A DNA stretch of 64,000 bases from Mobula hypostoma (Eukaryota). Within the stretch, counting starts at the first letter, position 1, and each line of letters begins with the position of its first letter. Position numbers and translations under genes: made by a program. This document shows, piece by piece, positions 59,090-64,000 of the stretch. The stretch covers positions 620,001 through 684,000 of the forward strand of contig NC_086097.1 of assembly GCF_963921235.1 (NCBI RefSeq). Direction: 5' to 3'. A model generated the notes under the pieces. That model was not told the origin of the DNA and ran no database searches. It saw only the letters and a program-made list of their open reading frames with translations.

Positions 59090-60690
59090 AACTGCTTGAG
59101 TGTTATCAACCTTGCCTTCAAGGTCAGTGAGACTAAAGAATTGATTGTGGACTTCAGGAAGGGGAAATCGAGGGAACACACACCAGTCCTCATTGAGAGA
59201 TCAGCAGTGGAAAGGGGAAGCAGTTTCATGTTTTTGGGTGTCAACATCTCTGAGGATCTATCCTGGGCCCAATATATTGAAGCAATTACAAAGACGATAT
59301 ATAATGGCTATATATCATTGGGAGTTTGAGGAGATTTGGTATGTCACCAAAGACTCTCACAAATTTCTACAGATGTACCGTTGAGAACGAAGGTGATGTC
59401 CTCCTTTTTCAAAGAAAGGGGATCCCTTCCTCCACCATCAACACTTCCCTCAACCACATCTCTTCCATTTCACGCACGTCTGCTCTTACCCGACCCTCCT
59501 GCCATCTTACCAGGGATAGAGTTCCTCTCGTCCTCAACTACCACCCCACCAGCCTCCGCATCCAGCACATAATTCTCCAGAACTTCCACCATCTCCAAAG
59601 GGATCCCACCACCAAGCACATCTTTCCCTACCACCCCCCCCCCCGGCCACTTTCTGCTTTCCACAGGGTTTACTCCCTATGTGACTCCCTTGTCCATTCG
59701 TCCCTCCCCACTGATCTCCCTCCTGGCACTTAACCTTGAAAGCAGAACAAGTGCTACACCTGCCCCGACACCTCCTCCCTCACCACCATTCAGAGCCCTA
59801 AACAGACCTTCCAGGTAAGACGACACTTCACCTGTGAGTCTGTTGGGGTCATATACTGTGTCCAGTGCTCCCAGTGTGGCGTCTTATATATCAGCAAGAT
59901 CCGATGTAAGTTGGGAGACCAAATCGCCGAGCACCTACGCTGCATCCACCAGAACCAGGATCTCCCAGTGGCTACCCATTTTACTTTCACTTCCCATTCC
60001 CATTCCAATATGTCAATGCATGGCCTCCTCTACTGTCACGATGGGACCACACTCAGGTTGGAGGAACACCTTATATTCTATCTGGGTAGCCTCCAACCTG
60101 ATGGCACGAACATCAATTTCTTGAACTTCCAATAATGGCTCTGCCCCGTCTCCTTCACCATTCTCCAACCCCTTTTCCCTCTCTCACCTTATCTCTTTGC
60201 CTGCCCATTGCCTCCCTCTGGTGCTCCTCCACCCTTTTCTTTCTTCCATGGCCTTCTGTTCTCTCTTATCGGACTCCCCTTTCTCCAGCACTGTATCTCT
60301 TTCACCAATCAACTTCCCAGCTCTTTACTTCATTCCTTCTGCTCCCGGTTTCACCTGTCATCTTGTGTTTCTCTACCCCCTCTCCCAACTTTTAAACCTA
60401 CTCCTCATCTTTTTTTCTCCAGTCCTGCCAAAGGGTCTTGGCCTGAAACGTCAACTGTACTTTCCATAGATGCTGCCTGGTCTGCTGGGTTCCTCCAGTA
60501 ACGTGCATGTGTTGCTTGGATTTCCAGCATCTGCAGATTTTCTCTTGTTTCTGGAGAGCATTCTAACTGGTTGCATCATCATTTAATATGGGGGGCCCAT
60601 TGTACAGGATCGGAAAAGGCTGCAGAATGCTGCAAACTCAGCCAACTCCATCATTGGTACTAGCCTCCCCAGAATCAAGGACATCTCAAG
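59090..60690 (+). mobile_element. Rex1 fragment (59090-59385, 60553-60690) interrupted by a Penelope 3' fragment (59386-60552)
   Basis: Rex1 TKELIVDFRKGK..FMFLGVNISEDLSW. Penelope DRVPLVLNYHPTSLRIQHII and GIY-YIG remnant. Degenerate hammerhead at about 60421-60456 (CTGCCAA). Confidence 0.8.
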
Positions 60691-63600
60691 GAAAGGTACT
60701 AGTATGGATAGAAGATCAGTTGACTGGCAGGAGGGAAAGCGTGGGAATAAAGGGGCCCTTTCTGGTTGGCTGCCTGTGACCGGTGGTGTGCCACATGGGT
60801 CAGTGTTGCGACCACTTCTGTTCACATTATATGTCAATGATTTGGATGAAGGAATCAATGGCTTTGTGGCCAAATTTGCGGGCGATATGAAGCAAGGTGG
60901 AGGGGCAGATAGTGTTGAGGAAGCAGGGTATCTGCAGAAGGACTTAGACAGATTGTGAGAATGGGCAAAAAAGTGGCAGATGGAATATAATGTAGGGAAG
61001 GGCATTGTCGTGCATTTTGGTAAAAGGAATAAAAATATGAATTTTTTTCTAAACCGGGAGAAATTCAAAAATCAGAGGTGCAAAGAGATTTGGGAGTCCT
61101 TGTGGAGGCTTCCATAAAGTTTAACTTGCAGGTTGAGTTGATGATAAGAAAGACACCAGTCTGTAGAAACAAATTTCACAAATTCACCACCATCTAGCTG
61201 AAGAAATTTTTCCGCATCTCTGTTTTAAATGGATGCCTCTCTATCCTGAGGTTGTGCCTTCTTGTTCTAGACTCCTCCACCATAGGAAACATCCTTTCAA
61301 CATTAGAAAGGTTTCAATGAGATCCCCCCTCATCCTTCTAGATTCCAGCAAGTACAGACCCAGAGCTATCAAACGTTCCTCATATTTGCCTTCCTCGCCA
61401 CTGACTGTACCTGCAAGTTAACTCTTAGGGTGTTCTGCACAAGGACTCCCAAGTCCCTTTGCATCTCAGATTTTTGGATTTTCTCCCCATTTAGAAAATA
61501 GTCCACACATTTGTTTCTACTACCAAAGTGCATGACCATGCATTTTCCAACATTGTATTTCATTTGCCACTTTCTTGCCCATTCTCCTCATCTGTCTAAG
61601 TCCTTCTATAGCCTACCTGTTTCCTCAACACTACTTGCCCCTCCACCAACCTCTGTATCATCTGCAAACTTGGCAACAGTCATCTGTTCCAGCAATTAAA
61701 TCACTGATATACAGCATAAAAAGCTGTCCCAAAACCCACTCCTGCGGAACACCAATAGCCACTGGCAGCCAACAGAAAAGGTTGTCCTATCTTGTCCTGT
61801 GTCACCAAGTTCTCCATAACCTCATCCTTAACAATTGACTTCAACATCTTCCCAACCACTGAGGTCAGGCTAACTGGTCTATAATTTCCTTTCTACTGCC
61901 TTCCTCCTTTCTTAAAAAGTGGAGTGACATTTGCAATTTTCCAGACCTATGGCACCATGCCAGAATCCGATGATTTTTGAAAGATCATTACAAGTGCCTC
62001 CAAAATCTCTTTCAGAAAGCTGGGGTGCAGTTTATCTGGTCCAGATGACTCATGTACCCTTACGTCTTTCAGCTTATTGAGCACCTTCTTCTTTGTAATA
62101 GTAACTGCACTCACCTCTATTCCCTCTCACCCTTCAACATCTGGCACACTGCTCGTGTCTTCCATAGTGAAGACTGTTGCAAAATATTAATTTAGTTCAT
62201 CTACTATCTCTTTGTCCCCCGTTAATATGCTGTACTTCCAGAAGGCACATAACATCTGTCTTCCAGAAGGCACATAAAAACTGTTGGATATATTAGAGAA
62301 ACACGGGGAAAGTGAGACTAGCATACTGAAGGAACTATGAATCTAACCCTAACCCTAACACTAATGCATGGTCTTAATCTCAGAGTTTTGAAATGGTGAC
62401 TTTAGAGATGGCTGATGTTCCAATTGTCCCACTCTGGGGTTCTGAAGATCCTGAAATCATTCCTGAGGACTGGAGGGCAGCAAATATTACTCCACTGTTT
62501 CAGAAAAAAGGGGCAAAGAGAACAGAGGGCTACTGACCTGTCAACCCGATGTTAGTGAAAAATGCTGGAATACGACAAAACATCTTGTAAAGCATTACGG
62601 GAGTGAGCAGTCACCATGGCTTTATTAAAGTAAATCACAACTGACTGAGCTGTTGGAGTTCTTTGAGGATGTGTCAGGGTCATATAGCATAGCAATAGGC
62701 CCATGGCCCATCATGTCCATGGTGCAGGGATCATTCACTGAAACAATGCAGATTTCCAACATCTGCTGATCTTCTCATGACTGTGATTCACTGTGACAAA
62801 ATGGATAGAGTTAAAGATTAAAAGAAGTGCAATCATTCTGATGGGGTTATACTGTAGGCTTCTGAACAGACACTGAGAGATGGAGGAACGGATATGTAGA
62901 TAGATTATGGAAAGATGTAAAAAAAAAGTTGTGGTAGTGGTGACTTTAATACCAAATTTTTACTTCTGTTTTAGTGAAAGAGGCTTAGATGGGGTAGAAG
63001 TTCTTCAGTGCATTTAAGAGGATTTCTTGAAACAGTAGGTGGATAATCTAACTAGAGTATGGACCACACTCAAACTTGTTTTGGGCTTACACAGAGTAGA
63101 TGTGGAAAGGATGTTTCCCATGGTGGGAGAGTCTAGGACAAGAGGGCACAGCCTCAGGATGGAGGGGTGTCCTTTCAAAACAGAGATGCGGAGAAACTTC
63201 TTGAGCAAAAGGGTGGTGAAGTTGTGGAATTTGTTGCCACATGCAGCTCTGGAGGTCAGGTCGTTGAGTGGATTTAAGGTAGAGACTAATTGGTTCTTGA
63301 TTGGAAGTGGCATCAAAGGTTACGGGGAGAAGGCCGGGAACTGGGGTTGAGGAGGAGATTGAAAAAAAGGATCAGTCATGATTGAATGGCAGAGCAGACT
63401 CAATGGGCCAGATGGCCTAATTCTGCTCCTATGTCTTATGTCTTATAGAAACGAACTTGGACAGGTGAGTGGCCTTTCATTGGAAAATCATTCTGCAAAA
63501 AGTTATCATAACTCCTTAAGTTTATATATACAGTAATTATGTATAAGGATATCATGAACCTTTTGGAAAAATAAGAATTTGGGGGAGGGTGAGTTTGACA

Positions 63601-64000
63601 CTATTACACAGGAGCTAATTGTGCACCATTGTTATTGTGGAAGTGCACACCTGATATTGTTTAAATATAGCTGACCAATCCCATGGACAAGCATATTTCA
63701 GTCCTGAGCAGGATAAAGGAAACTCAGATTATGAAAGAGGTTCTGAAGTTTGTCAGCTCCTTGAATAAATAAAATTAAAATAGCAGGAAAGTGCTCAGGC
63801 AGGGCCCAAAGAGGCCATGAAATGTTCTTGGCAAGAAGGATTAAAGAGAATCCTAAACCATTTTTATAAATATATTACATACAAGAGGATAACTAGGGAG
63901 AGGGTAGATCCAGGATAAAGACAGGAATTCATGCTTGGATTCACAGGATGTGGGAAGGGAGCTAAATGAATGCTTTACAAGCAGAGAGATATAAATAGAT
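60690..64000. mobile_element. Mosaic of decayed CR1 fragments (+ 60690-61155; - 61155-62220; + 62360-64000 with a nested 3' end at about 63090-63445)
   Basis: VTGGVPHGSVLRP, VVKLWNLLP, VVVVVTLI and IKENPKPFYKYI remnants. Confidence 0.7.

Noticed and set aside
62343..62364. Interstitial telomeric repeat CTAACCCTAACCCTAACACTAA
   Set aside because: Only about 3.5 units, too short to distinguish from a chance microsatellite.

Overview
Eukaryotic vertebrate genomic DNA. The repeat families suggest a cartilaginous fish such as a ray or shark (inference). The only host gene seen is TMEM63C (OSCA/TMEM63 mechanosensitive channel family) on the minus strand. It has four internal exons (58839-58959, 57158-57291, 21933-22055, 5214-5367) with GT/AG sites and matching phases, separated by introns of about 1.5, 35 and 16.5 kb. 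Almost everything else is nested transposon debris: many CR1-clade LINEs (SGNH-esterase ORF1, APE-RT ORF2), a full-length decayed L1, Rex1/Babar fragments, Penelope-like elements with minimal hammerhead ribozymes, a Gypsy LTR element with a PNMA-like gag, a Tc1 element stretched to about 14 kb by insertions, a tRNA/CORE SINE, an unclassified non-coding element with an (AATCT)n tail, and several minisatellites. The most interesting signal is at the CR1 ORF1/ORF2 junction. In five copies from divergent subfamilies, ORF1 ends in an in-frame T_TTA_AAC heptamer (three exact, two with one mismatch) immediately followed by the stop codon. Where it can be traced, ORF2 continues in the -1 frame, mostly without a usable AUG. 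This suggests -1 programmed ribosomal frameshifting to make an ORF1-ORF2 fusion. Transposon boundaries were estimated by eye and are approximate.
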